From Microbacterium sp. (GTDB lineage Bacteria; Actinomycetota; Actinomycetes; Actinomycetales; Microbacteriaceae), in the NCBI GenBank assembly GCA_031177765.1, contig JAPSKH010000002.1, positions 9,900 to 73,899 on the forward strand: a DNA stretch of 64,000 nt, given 5' to 3'. How positions within the stretch are numbered: the stretch's first letter is position 1; each line of letters starts with the position of its first letter. The notes beneath the pieces were generated by a model that was not told the DNA's origin, searched no databases, and saw only the letters and a program-made list of their open reading frames with translations. The position numbers and the translations under genes are program-made. This document shows, piece after piece, positions 1-16,691 of this stretch.

Positions 1-217
1 GCAGGCGGGCGCCCTGCTCGACGACCCCGACGACGTCGCCGCCCGCGCGGTACGGCTGGTCCTGCACGGCGAGGTCGAGGCGGTGGACGGATCGGTCGTC
101 GCCGCGGAGGCGGCTTCGCTGTGCCTCCACGGCGATTCGCCGTCCGCGGTCGCCATGGCCCGTGCTGTTCGTGCGGCGCTGGACGCCGCCGGTGTGCGGG
201 TGCGAGCGCCATGGTGA
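1..217 (+). CDS. pxpA: 5-oxoprolinase subunit A (LamB/YcsF family), 3' part only
   Basis: Frame 2 reads ...GEVEAVDGS...SLCLHGDSPSAVAMARAVRAAL...W*, the typical LamB/YcsF C-terminus; stop overlaps the next gene. Confidence 0.85.
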   Translation, partial: QAGALLDDPDDVAARAVRLVLHGEVEAVDGSVVAAEAASLCLHGDSPSAVAMARAVRAALDAAGVRVRAPW

Positions 218-1767
218 CGGCGCGCGTCCTCCCCATGGGCGAGCGCGCGTTCCTGCTCGAGGTCGCATCGCTCGACGAGGTGCTGGCGGTGCACGCCGCG
301 CTCGGCGCCGACCGCCCGAGCGGCGTCATCGACGTCGTGCCCGCCGCGAGAACGGTCCTCGTCCGCTTCGATCCGGATGTGCTCGCGCCGTCCGCGGCGC
401 GCGCCTGGGCGACGGATGCGGCATCGGCGGCTGCGCCGGGCGACAGCGCCCACGGCCCGACGGTCGAGCTCGGGATCGTCTACGACGGCGCGGACCTGTC
501 CGACACCGCCGGTCTGCTCGGCGTGGACGTCGACGAGCTGGTCCGCCGTCACTGCGGCATCGAGTGGACCGTCGCCTTCACCGGTTTCGCACCCGGATTC
601 GGGTACCTCGTCAGCGCGGAGTGGCCCTTCGACGTGCCCCGGCTGGAATCGCCGCGCACGCGGGTGCCGGCGGGCGCGGTGGGCCTGGCGGCCGGCTTCA
701 CCGGCGCGTATCCGCGCGAGACGCCGGGCGGGTGGCGTCTGATCGGCACCACGTCCGCCCGGCTGTTCGATCCGGATGCCGCATCCCCGGCGCTGCTCGC
801 TCCCGGTATGCGCGTCCGCTTCCGCCCGACCGGACCCGCGGAGGTGCAGGCCCGGCCTGTCGCCGCCGCCGCAGGCGGGATCGGCCCGGCCGCGGCGGGA
901 GGCATCCGGGTCGTCGAGCCGGGACTTCTGGCCACCGTCCAGGATCTGGGGCGCCCGGGTGCGGCGTCGGTCGGGGTCGCGTCATCGGGAGCGCTCGACC
1001 GGACGGCTCTGCGCACCGCGAACCGGCTGCTCGGCAACACCGAGGGCGCGGCGGCGATCGAGGTGACGATGGGCGGCTTCCGTGCCGTCGCGGACGCCGA
1101 CGTGTGGGTCGCGGTCGCAGGCGCGTGGGGACCGGTGCGGATCGGCGGCCGTGAGGTCGACCCGTACGTCGCCCACGAATGGCCGGAAGGCACGGAGCTG
1201 CAGCTCGACTGGTTCACGCACGGCGCGCGCGCCTACGTCGCGGTGCGCGGGGGGCTGGACGCACCGGTCGTGCTCGGGTCGCGCGCGACCGACTCGCTCG
1301 CGGGGCTGGGCGCCGCGGCGCTGCGTGCCGGCGACGCCATCGGGGTGCGCGGCGAGTCGGCCGGACCCGTGCCGGTCGCGCCCCCGAGCGCCTGGGGTGC
1401 GCCGCAGGACGACGAGATCGAGCTCGACCTCGCCCCCGGCCCGCGCGCCGATTGGTTCACGGCGGAGGCCCTGGCGACGCTGTTCGACACGGTGTGGACG
1501 GTGTCGGGCGCGGCGGACCGGGTGGGGGTCCGCCTCGACGGTCCCGCGCTGCCGCGGGCACGGCCCGCCGAGCTGCCGAGCGAGGGGATGGTGCCCGGAG
1601 CGCTGCAGGTGCCGCCGAGCGGTCGCCCCACGGTGCTGCTGGCGGATGGCCCGGTCACCGGCGGCTATCCGGTCATCGCGGTCGTGGCGGATGCCTCGCT
1701 CGATGCGCTGGGTCAGGCCAGGCCCGGTACGCGCGTGCGCTTCCGCCACGCGCGACCGGTCGGCTAG
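211..1767 (+). CDS. pxpB: Fused 5-oxoprolinase subunits B+C (PxpB-PxpC, allophanate hydrolase subunit 1+2 like)
   Basis: GFAPGFGYL and YPRETPGGWRLIG (PxpB) followed by TVQDLGR, DRVGVRL, GPVTGGYP (PxpC); ATG 211 overlaps pxpA stop. Confidence 0.85.
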   Translation: MVTARVLPMGERAFLLEVASLDEVLAVHAALGADRPSGVIDVVPAARTVLVRFDPDVLAPSAARAWATDAASAAAPGDSAHGPTVELGIVYDGADLSDTAGLLGVDVDELVRRHCGIEWTVAFTGFAPGFGYLVSAEWPFDVPRLESPRTRVPAGAVGLAAGFTGAYPRETPGGWRLIGTTSARLFDPDAASPALLAPGMRVRFRPTGPAEVQARPVAAAAGGIGPAAAGGIRVVEPGLLATVQDLGRPGAASVGVASSGALDRTALRTANRLLGNTEGAAAIEVTMGGFRAVADADVWVAVAGAWGPVRIGGREVDPYVAHEWPEGTELQLDWFTHGARAYVAVRGGLDAPVVLGSRATDSLAGLGAAALRAGDAIGVRGESAGPVPVAPPSAWGAPQDDEIELDLAPGPRADWFTAEALATLFDTVWTVSGAADRVGVRLDGPALPRARPAELPSEGMVPGALQVPPSGRPTVLLADGPVTGGYPVIAVVADASLDALGQARPGTRVRFRHARPVG

Positions 1768-1809
1768 CGCACCCGCGGGAGGTCGGTGCCCGCGCCACGG
1801 GGGATCCGG

Positions 1810-4443
1810 TCACCAGGCCGACAGCGCCTCGGCGACCTTCGCGTGCTGCGCCTCGGGCAGGGCCAGGTGGACCGATTCGGCGACCGAGAGCTCGGCGCCT
1901 GCCGCTTCGCCGGCCGCGACGGATTCCGGGTCGCGGCCCCGGAGGATCTCCAGGTACGGCGTGTGCACGGTGAAGGCCTCGACGTCGAAGATGCCGATGC
2001 GGCGTCGGATCTCGCCCGCCGCCACGGCGAGCGCCGCCGCGCGCCATGCCTCGCCGTGCGCGGCCGCGACGGCGCAGACGCCCTCGAGCCCGTAGGCGAC
2101 GCCCTCGTCGTAATGGAGCCCGACCGAGATCAGCAGCGTCTGGACGAACTCCTCCTCGGCCTCCTCGATGTGCCCGAGCTGGAAGTTCAGGCGCGCCCGC
2201 AGATTCCCGGCGACAGAGGTCGTGAACAGATCGCCGCGCGACTGGGCGATGTCGGTGGCCCGTCCGAAGTGGGCCAGGGCGTCATCGGTCGCGCCGCGCA
2301 CCCACGCGAGCCGCCCGAGCGAGACCTCGGTGATCGCCTCGGCCCACGCGTTGCCGAGCTCGTGGAGTGCGCGCACCGCTTCGTGCAGCTCCGCCTCGGC
2401 CCTGTCGGCGTCGAGCTCGGTCAGCTGCACGCGAGCGGTCGCCCGTGCGGCGAGCGCCATGGCGGCGGCATCCCGGTCCCCGCTCTCGGTGAACAGCCGC
2501 ACGCATTCACCCAGTCCCGCGACCACCTGCTCGCTGGGCCGCTGCCACATCTCGCCCCACAGGGCGAGGAACCACGCGACGGCCCGGGTGTGGGCGGTGA
2601 TGGGATGCTGATGCTGCTTGTCGAGCAGCTCGAGCATCCACAGGCGCACCTCGGCGAAGAAGCCGGAGATCCACCAGTAGATGAGCAGGCACCACGCGAA
2701 GTCGCCCGCGTCGTCGAGACGGTCGGTGTAGACGAGGTGTCGTACCGCCGCGCGCAGGTTGGGCAGCTCCAGTCCCAGGCGCATGACCGCCTCCTGCTGC
2801 CCGGCGCCGCTGAGGAGAGGAGCGACCTCGCGGACCATCCCGCGGTAGTAGTCCGCGTGCGCGTGGCGCACCGCATCCGCGTCGCCGCGCGTCTTCAGCT
2901 GCCCGATCGCGTACTCGCGCACGATCGCCAGCAGCGAGAACACCCGCCGATCGCCGATCTCGTTCTGCTTGACCAGCGACGCGTCCACCAGCGCGGCGAG
3001 GGCGTCGATGGCCTCGCCGTCCCACGAGCGGCCGGCGCCGATCGCCTCGACGGCCTCGAGCGTGAAGCGGGTCGCGAACACGCCGAGGTCCACCAGGAGG
3101 TCGCGCTGCTCCTGCGGCAGCAGGCTGACGCTCCAGTCGATGGTGGCCCGCATGGTGCGGTGCCGCTCGGGGAGGTCCCGTACGGCGGCCGTCAGCAGCG
3201 GCAGACTCTGTTCCAGCCGCTTCGCGATGCCCGCAGGGGTGAGGATCCGCACCTTGGCCGCCGCCAGCTCGATCGCCAGCGGCAGCCCCTCGAGGGTGCG
3301 GCAGATGTCGGCGAGGTCGCGGGCGTTGTGCTCGGTCACGTCGAACGCGGGGTCGATCGCCTGCGCGCGGTCGACGAAGAGCGCCACCGCGGCCGATCGC
3401 CGTGTCGGGTCGAGGTTCGCCGGCGAGTGGTCGACCGGCGTGGTGAGCGGGGGCACGTCGTACACGCGCTCGCCGCGGATCCGCAGAACGACGCGGCTGG
3501 TGACCAGGAAGGTGGCGGTCGGGGCGACGGTGTACAGCCGGACCAGCACCGGGGCGGCTGCGACGATCTGCTCGAAGTTGTCCAGGACGATCAGCACCCG
3601 CCGGTCCGTCAGCGCGTGCGCGATGCGCTCCTCCAGCGCGGCTTCGCCGTTGTCGCGGATGCCGAGGTAGTAGGCGATCGTCGGCAGCAGCAGCCCCGGC
3701 TCGAGCACGCCCTCGAGCATCACGAAGTACACGCCGTCGGGGAACAGGTCGCCGCACGCCCGCGCCGTCTCGATCGCCAGACGGCTCTTGCCGATCCCCC
3801 CGGGGCCGATGAGGCTCACGACACGGTCGGTGCCGCGCGCGAGAAGGGTGCGCACCGCGGTGACGTCGTCGTCGCGGCCGAACGTCGTGGTGAAGGGGAC
3901 CGGGACGCGGCCGAGCAGCGACGCGCCCGGGACGTCCAGCTCCGGTTCGTCCACGAGGCGCGACTCGTCGAATCGCTCGGCGAGGAGGGTCGCGAGGTCG
4001 CCGAGGACCTGCTCCTCCAGAGCTGCGGCGCTGTCGAAGTAGAGATAGGCGGCGTTGTCGTCGGCCTGGATGCGCCTGATGAGGGCCTTCAGCCGCTCAT
4101 CGCGGTCCTCGGTCGAGCGGATGTAGATGAGTTTGGGCATCGACCGGGGGGCGAGATTGTACTCGTCCTCCAGTCCCGACACCTCCTCGCCCGGGGCGAC
4201 CCATCCGTAGCTGGAGCCGTAGATGCCCACGAAGATGTCGCTCTGCGCGAGGTAGGAGCGGTACAGCTCGCGAGGCGCGTGAGGCCTCGCGCCGAGCTCG
4301 AACATCACCGGTGCCAGGCGCAGCCGCTCGATGGCGGCCTTGACCGCCGCGCGCTCCTCGGCGAGCTCGCGCAGCGTCGAACTCACGAACACCCGGATCC
4401 GCTGATCGGGAGTGCGGATCACGGGGTGTCGCACCCCAGTCAT
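1810..4443 (-). CDS. DUF4062 domain + STAND (NB-ARC-like) ATPase + TPR-like repeats
   Basis: N-terminal RVFVSST...ER...SDIFVGIYGSSYGW...EY (DUF4062); Walker A GPGGIGKS, Walker B LIVLDNFE, LVTSR, GLPLAIELAAA; helical C-terminus. Start chosen at ATG 4443. Confidence 0.85.
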   Translation of the reverse strand: MTGVRHPVIRTPDQRIRVFVSSTLRELAEERAAVKAAIERLRLAPVMFELGARPHAPRELYRSYLAQSDIFVGIYGSSYGWVAPGEEVSGLEDEYNLAPRSMPKLIYIRSTEDRDERLKALIRRIQADDNAAYLYFDSAAALEEQVLGDLATLLAERFDESRLVDEPELDVPGASLLGRVPVPFTTTFGRDDDVTAVRTLLARGTDRVVSLIGPGGIGKSRLAIETARACGDLFPDGVYFVMLEGVLEPGLLLPTIAYYLGIRDNGEAALEERIAHALTDRRVLIVLDNFEQIVAAAPVLVRLYTVAPTATFLVTSRVVLRIRGERVYDVPPLTTPVDHSPANLDPTRRSAAVALFVDRAQAIDPAFDVTEHNARDLADICRTLEGLPLAIELAAAKVRILTPAGIAKRLEQSLPLLTAAVRDLPERHRTMRATIDWSVSLLPQEQRDLLVDLGVFATRFTLEAVEAIGAGRSWDGEAIDALAALVDASLVKQNEIGDRRVFSLLAIVREYAIGQLKTRGDADAVRHAHADYYRGMVREVAPLLSGAGQQEAVMRLGLELPNLRAAVRHLVYTDRLDDAGDFAWCLLIYWWISGFFAEVRLWMLELLDKQHQHPITAHTRAVAWFLALWGEMWQRPSEQVVAGLGECVRLFTESGDRDAAAMALAARATARVQLTELDADRAEAELHEAVRALHELGNAWAEAITEVSLGRLAWVRGATDDALAHFGRATDIAQSRGDLFTTSVAGNLRARLNFQLGHIEEAEEEFVQTLLISVGLHYDEGVAYGLEGVCAVAAAHGEAWRAAALAVAAGEIRRRIGIFDVEAFTVHTPYLEILRGRDPESVAAGEAAGAELSVAESVHLALPEAQHAKVAEALSAW

Positions 4444-4510
4444 GTGCACATCATGGACCCTCGGCGCCTTTCCCGCCACGGTCGGTACGATGAAACCCCG
4501 GATCCGCGGC

Positions 4511-4539
4511 GTTATACCGCAGCATCCGAGACTCGTCAA
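4511..4539 (-). promoter_or_regulatory. Candidate sigma-A promoter for the DUF4062-STAND gene
   Basis: Minus strand TTGACG-N17-TATAAC; the -10 lacks the final T. Confidence 0.4.
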
Positions 4540-4548
4540 GAATCCGAG

Positions 4549-4577
4549 TGGACACGGCGAGTCGTGAAGCGTATAGT
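4549..4577 (+). promoter_or_regulatory. Candidate sigma-A promoter of rpoBC
   Basis: TGGACA-N17-TATAGT, ~165 nt upstream of rpoB start. Confidence 0.7.
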
Positions 4578-4740
4578 GGGTCCTTGCGCTCCTGGATTCC
4601 CCCTGCCCTCATATGGTGGTCGGCTGTGCCCGCGCCCCTTCGCCTGATCGCGAAGCGTGCCGCGCGTGCTTCGGGGACGACTGAGCACTCCACCTGACGA
4701 CAAGGAAACGAGCCCCTACGGGCCCACGGAGGTAATCCCC

Positions 4741-8241
<3,501 letters not shown>

Positions 8242-8283
8242 GCCCGGCCGGTCCGATAAAGAATTTCCGACACAGGAGAACTA

Positions 8284-12153
<3,870 letters not shown>

Positions 12154-12162
12154 GTCGCACGA

Positions 12163-12194
12163 CGAAGGGCCCCGGCTTCGGCCGGGGCCCTTCG
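12163..12194. terminator. Hairpin terminator between convergent rpoC and DUF3618 gene
   Basis: Perfect 14-bp stem CGAAGGGCCCCGGC / GCCGGGGCCCTTCG with TTCG loop. Confidence 0.8.
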
Positions 12195-12216
12195 CGTTCG
12201 TCCGGGATGCCTCACG

Positions 12217-12819
12217 TCAGAACTGCTGCGTCCCGCTTTCGGATCCGCCGCTCTCGGTGACGTTCCCCTTCACCCGCTCGGCGGTGTGCTGGGCCTCGTC
12301 CTTGACCGTCTGCGCGGAGGACGCCGCCGCGTCCTTGACCTGCGCCATGGCGTCCTGCGCCGGCTCCTTCAGGCTCTGGGCCACTTCCTGGGCCGTGTCC
12401 TTCGCCTTGTCGACGAGCGGCTGCGCCTGCTCGCGGAGGTTCGATCCGAGACGGCGCTCCGCATTCGACGTCGGGATGAGGCTCGCGGCGAGGAAACCGA
12501 GTCCGGCTGCGACCAGCCCGACGACCAGGGGTGCGCCCTGCGTGGTCTCCTTCGCCTTGTGCGGCAGGTTCTTCACCGCGTCGCCGGCGTCCGAGAGCGC
12601 GCTTCCGGCCGAGTGGCCCATCGACGATGCCGAGTGGCCCATGTCGTCCGCCACGCCCATGACACGCTGCTTGACTCCTCCGAAGCGCTCACGCAGACGC
12701 GTCTTCTGGCGCTCCATGATCTTCGGCGGCGACACCTTGTCCGCCAGTGCGTCCACATCGCGGCCCAGTTCGCCGCGCGTGCTCTCGATGTCGGCGCGGA
12801 TCTGCTCAGGGGTGCTCAT
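12217..12819 (-). CDS. DUF3618 domain protein (helical repeats, one hydrophobic segment)
   Basis: N-terminus TPEQIRADIESTRGELGRDVDALADKVSP; PLVVGLVAAGLGFLAASLIP segment. Confidence 0.8.
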   Translation of the reverse strand: MSTPEQIRADIESTRGELGRDVDALADKVSPPKIMERQKTRLRERFGGVKQRVMGVADDMGHSASSMGHSAGSALSDAGDAVKNLPHKAKETTQGAPLVVGLVAAGLGFLAASLIPTSNAERRLGSNLREQAQPLVDKAKDTAQEVAQSLKEPAQDAMAQVKDAAASSAQTVKDEAQHTAERVKGNVTESGGSESGTQQF

Positions 12820-13232
12820 TTGTTCTCCTCATTCCTCTTGAGTGCGTCCGGGATCTCCTTCACGGTCTCGACCGTGCGTGGTGCGCCGCGCACGGTCTTC
12901 AGGCGCGAGCGGCCGACCGCGAACAGGATCGCGGCGACGATGCCCCAGATGACCGCGACGATGACCGCCGACCATCCCCAGCCGACGAGCAGCCCCAGCG
13001 CCCACCACAGGGCGATGGAAAGGAACAGCACAGCCATCGAGGCGGCGTAGCCGGCGCCGCCGATCATGCCCGCGCCCGCACCCGCCTTCTTCGCGGAGTC
13101 GGTGACCTCGGCCTTGGCGAGCTCCAGCTCCTTCCGCATCAGCGTGGACAGGTCGCGGGTCACCTCGCCGACCAGCTCGCCGAGTGACGTGTCCGCCGCC
13201 TTCTGCTGCGACGGTGTCGGCATGTCGGTCAT
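12816..13232 (-). CDS. Holin-X / YqjE-like (Phage_holin_3_6) membrane protein
   Basis: SLGELVGEVTRDLSTLMRKELELAKAE, two TM helices, PRTVETVKE; 4-bp overlaps on both sides. Confidence 0.85.
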   Translation of the reverse strand: MTDMPTPSQQKAADTSLGELVGEVTRDLSTLMRKELELAKAEVTDSAKKAGAGAGMIGGAGYAASMAVLFLSIALWWALGLLVGWGWSAVIVAVIWGIVAAILFAVGRSRLKTVRGAPRTVETVKEIPDALKRNEENK

Positions 13233-14116
13233 CGCTGGGCCTCACCGCTCGGCGACCACTCGCCGCTCGCGGGCTCGTCGGCGTCGGCGATGCTCTCGCG
13301 TCCGCCGGTGGCGTTCGTCCCGGACTCCGTGCCCAGCGGCTCCGCCGCCAGGGCGTCGCCGATGGGGGCGTCGCCGGCGCCCACGCCCGGCATCGCGCCG
13401 GCAGCGCCGGTCGTGCCGATGCCGGCGTCGTCGTAGGCTCCGCCGCCTGCCATGCCCGCGCCCGCAACTCCGGCCGTCGTCATCCCGGCGCCGGCTGCGC
13501 CCGTGGTGCCCACGCCCGTCGCGCCGCTCTCGCTGCCCATGCCCGTGGCCACGCCCATCCCGGTCGTGCCGGTCGTGTAGCCGACGCCCGTCGTGCCGCC
13601 GCCCGTGCCGCCCGTGGACCCCGAGTCGCCCGCCGGCATCATCGCGCGCGTCAGACGGCCGGCCACGATGCCGAGGACCGCCGCGCCCGCCAGGAACGCC
13701 CCGGTGTGCCGACGCGCGAACCCGCGGAGCTCGCGGACCAGATCGGCCGGCTCGCGCTCGTCGAGCCAGGACGCGACCTGACGGGTCTGGTCGCCGACCC
13801 TGCGGACGAGTCCGGCCGCCATCCCGTCGGTGTTGCCGGCGTCGGCCATGCCGGCCAGGTCATCCGCGGTGGAACGGATCGCCTGCGCCGCGCGACGCTG
13901 CTGATTGGAAGCCTGATCCGACAACTGCATCCGGGTCTCGTGCAGGAAGCCGCGCGCGGCGCTCTTGGCCTCGTGTGCGACATTCCCCGCTTCTTCGCCG
14001 GCCACGCCGGCGACGTGCATCGCACCGGCGTCGACCTCCGCGACGGTGTCCTTCGCGCGCTCCTTGAGCCCCTCGCCGCCGCCGCCCGATGTCGAGCTCT
14101 GTTCGTATGCAGACAT
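13229..14116 (-). CDS. Hypothetical protein, ElaB/YqjD-like helical region plus Gly/Thr-rich tail
   Basis: FARRHTGAFLAGAAVLGIVAGRLTR segment; AAGGA RBS before ATG 14116; first gene of a three-gene operon. Confidence 0.7.
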   Translation of the reverse strand: MSAYEQSSTSGGGGEGLKERAKDTVAEVDAGAMHVAGVAGEEAGNVAHEAKSAARGFLHETRMQLSDQASNQQRRAAQAIRSTADDLAGMADAGNTDGMAAGLVRRVGDQTRQVASWLDEREPADLVRELRGFARRHTGAFLAGAAVLGIVAGRLTRAMMPAGDSGSTGGTGGGTTGVGYTTGTTGMGVATGMGSESGATGVGTTGAAGAGMTTAGVAGAGMAGGGAYDDAGIGTTGAAGAMPGVGAGDAPIGDALAAEPLGTESGTNATGGRESIADADEPASGEWSPSGEAQR

Positions 14117-14340
14117 GCTCATCCTTCGCTCTCTCGTGCCTTCTCCTCCCCGCGGATCCGGGTCGTCCGGGGTGCGGGAGGACATCTACCGTGCGTCGAA
14201 TGAAGGTTCCGTGCCGAGGGGGTCGCGCCTCGGGAACCGGACGGGTATCCTGTGCCGCCGACGCGCTCCTCGCGGCATCCAGCGCGCCGCTGCGCGGCAT
14301 CGCCGGCGTGCGGCTTACCGTGTAGGCGGAGGTCGGGGAG

Positions 14341-14955
14341 ATGGCGCGCATCGGGGGTCGCAACTCGTGGATCGCCGTGCCCGTGGGCGTGATCTGCGCG
14401 GTCATCGTCGGAGCCCTGGTGTGGCTGTCGCTGCCCATGCTGCCGGTGACGGTCGCCTGGGTCGGAGACACCCTGCGGGGCGCCACGGCCGCGCAGACGC
14501 CGCCCGAGGACCGGGAGACGCCGGCCCAGCGGGCCGCCGCTGACGGCGCCATCGACTGCCGGACGCTCTATCCCGACGACCTGTGGAACGAGCTCACCTG
14601 GCGCGCAGGGTCGCTCCTCGGCCAGAGCGTCGATGCGCCGGCCACCGAGGTCACGGCGCTCGCGGACGCCCTGTCGCCGCAGGTCCTCGTCAGGTGCGAC
14701 TGGCGCGCAGACGGAGGCAGCATCGTCACGACGCTGTCGCGCGTGAGCGCCGAGGCGCGCACCATCGCCGACGCGGCGCTGCGCGCTCACGGGTTCGCCT
14801 GCACCGCGGACGGCGAGGGGCTGGTGTGCACGCGGACGCACGGCGACGTCGTCGAGGAGCACACGCTGCGCGGCGACCTGTGGCTGGCCACGGCTGAGGA
14901 GGGGTGGCATCCCGAGGATTACGGCAAGCGTCTGGATCGGAACGTGTGGGGCTGA
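14341..14955 (+). CDS. Membrane-anchored hypothetical protein with four Cys in the soluble domain
   Basis: GGGGAG RBS, N-terminal TM helix, host-like codon usage. Confidence 0.7.
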   Translation: MARIGGRNSWIAVPVGVICAVIVGALVWLSLPMLPVTVAWVGDTLRGATAAQTPPEDRETPAQRAAADGAIDCRTLYPDDLWNELTWRAGSLLGQSVDAPATEVTALADALSPQVLVRCDWRADGGSIVTTLSRVSAEARTIADAALRAHGFACTADGEGLVCTRTHGDVVEEHTLRGDLWLATAEEGWHPEDYGKRLDRNVWG

Positions 14956-15079
14956 GGGTCCGGGATGCCCGCCGTCAGCCGCGCGGTGCGCGGAAACGCG
15001 GCACGCCTCCCGGACGCGGGACGCCGCGGGGACTACCCTCGCACTGCGGGGCGCGCGCCCCGCGTGAGGAGTGCCTGCG

Positions 15080-16063
15080 ATGAGTGACCCCAAGTCGTCC
15101 TACGGCGAACCCGTCGAAGAGCCCCGGCACGTCGACGACGTGGTCGGACGCGCCAACGAGGGCCTCGCCGAGGCGGAGGCCGCCCGGCGCGAGCCGTCCG
15201 TCGACGCCGCGCCGGCCGAGCGGACATCGGACGCGGATGCCGCACGCACGCCGGATGCCCCCGCCGAGACCTCCGCCGCCACGACGGCGCCCGAGGCCCC
15301 GGCGCACGAGCCCGACCCTTGGGACTCGCCCGAGGCGCAGGCCCTCGACTACCGTGCGACGCCGTCCGACGCGGGCGACAGCTCCTCCGACACGGCCGTG
15401 TACACGCCGGCGGGCGACGACACGCGCACCACGGCGGACGCCCCTGCCGTCACCCCCAGCGAGCCGGTGGCCGGGACGCCTTCCCACGCCGCCCCGCAGC
15501 CGATCTTCGTCCAGGCGCCCGAGCCGCCCCACCCGCGGGGCAACCGCGGCGCAGCGGGCGCGATCGGCCTGCTCGCCGCGCTCGCGTTCGCGGTCCTCTA
15601 CTTCGCGGCGTGGCTCGGGTTCGGAGCCCTCGCGGGCGACGTGACCGGAGAGAACCTCGGATCCACGGCGCTGCAGGCGCTCGCCACGTGGTCGCTGTGG
15701 GTTCCCGTCGTGGTCTTCTTCCTCGCCTTCTGGGTGCTCGGCGCCATCATCAACCGCGGCCGCTGGGGCGCCTGGGTGATCCTCGGGCTCCTGGTGGGCG
15801 TCGCCGCCTACGGCGGGCATCTGCTCGGCGCGCTCTTCCAGGCGCCGTTCTGGTCGCTGACGGCCAGTGAAGGCGCCGCGCTCGTGGAGGAGCAGCTGCT
15901 GGCGCCCCTCGCGATCGCCGCGTTCGTCATCGGACGGGAGCTCACGATCTGGTTCGGCGCGTGGGTGGCTGCGCGCGGACGTCGCGTGACCGAGCTGAAC
16001 ATCGAAGCCCAGCGCGAGTACGAGCGCACCCTCGAGGCCGGTCCGCAGCTGGTTCGGCCGTAA
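15080..16063 (+). CDS. Membrane protein, disordered acidic N-terminus and ~4 TM helices
   Basis: GAGGAG RBS; hydrophobic C-terminal half; stop overlaps next ATG. Confidence 0.75.
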   Translation: MSDPKSSYGEPVEEPRHVDDVVGRANEGLAEAEAARREPSVDAAPAERTSDADAARTPDAPAETSAATTAPEAPAHEPDPWDSPEAQALDYRATPSDAGDSSSDTAVYTPAGDDTRTTADAPAVTPSEPVAGTPSHAAPQPIFVQAPEPPHPRGNRGAAGAIGLLAALAFAVLYFAAWLGFGALAGDVTGENLGSTALQALATWSLWVPVVVFFLAFWVLGAIINRGRWGAWVILGLLVGVAAYGGHLLGALFQAPFWSLTASEGAALVEEQLLAPLAIAAFVIGRELTIWFGAWVAARGRRVTELNIEAQREYERTLEAGPQLVRP

Positions 16064-16611
16064 TGTCCGAGGCGCCGGAGGGCAGCGGCGGTCCCGTCCG
16101 CCCCGTCACGGCGCTCGTCTTCGCGACCGCAGGGTACTTCGCTCTGCTCGTCTTCGGGCTCGGCATGACGAGCCTGGTCCTCGGTGAGGATGTGATCGCG
16201 ACACGCGGACTCGGGCAGGTGCCCGGCGTCGCCGCCGTGACGCTGTCGACTCTCTCGTTCGTCGCCGGACTGTGGGCGGCCGTCCGACGTGCAGGTCAGC
16301 CCCCGGCGGCCGACGGTCTGGCCGGCGCCGAGGGACCGCCTTCCCCGACGCGGTCCCAGCCGTCGTACGGGGGCGCCGCCTGGACGGCGCTCGCGGCCTT
16401 CCTGGGCTATCTCGCCGGGGTGTGGTTCGGCGCTGTCGCGACCGGAGCGGGAGTGGCCGTCGCCTCCGCGGTCGCGGGGCGGCTCGCGACGACGTGGTTC
16501 GGTCTGGTCATCGCGGCCGCGGCGTTCGTGGCGGCGTGGTCCGCCATCGCGCTCGTGCGCACCCACGCCCGCCGCCCGCGGTGGCCGTGGGAGGACGAAT
16601 TCGACGAGTGA
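16063..16611 (+). CDS. Four-TM hypothetical membrane protein (DUF6121-like)
   Basis: TAATG overlap; four hydrophobic helices; C-terminal RPRWPWEDEFDE. Confidence 0.7.
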   Translation: MSEAPEGSGGPVRPVTALVFATAGYFALLVFGLGMTSLVLGEDVIATRGLGQVPGVAAVTLSTLSFVAGLWAAVRRAGQPPAADGLAGAEGPPSPTRSQPSYGGAAWTALAAFLGYLAGVWFGAVATGAGVAVASAVAGRLATTWFGLVIAAAAFVAAWSAIALVRTHARRPRWPWEDEFDE

Positions 16612-16691
16612 GAACGGGCAATCGACCCTGATCTCGGACTTTCTCCCGCGCCTGCCCCGTCCGAGCTCGCCGGGAAGGGCATGATGGGGGT

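Noticed and set aside
12816-13232. Holin-family gene as evidence of a prophage
   Set aside because: No endolysin, integrase or structural genes; the family is commonly chromosomal next to DUF3618
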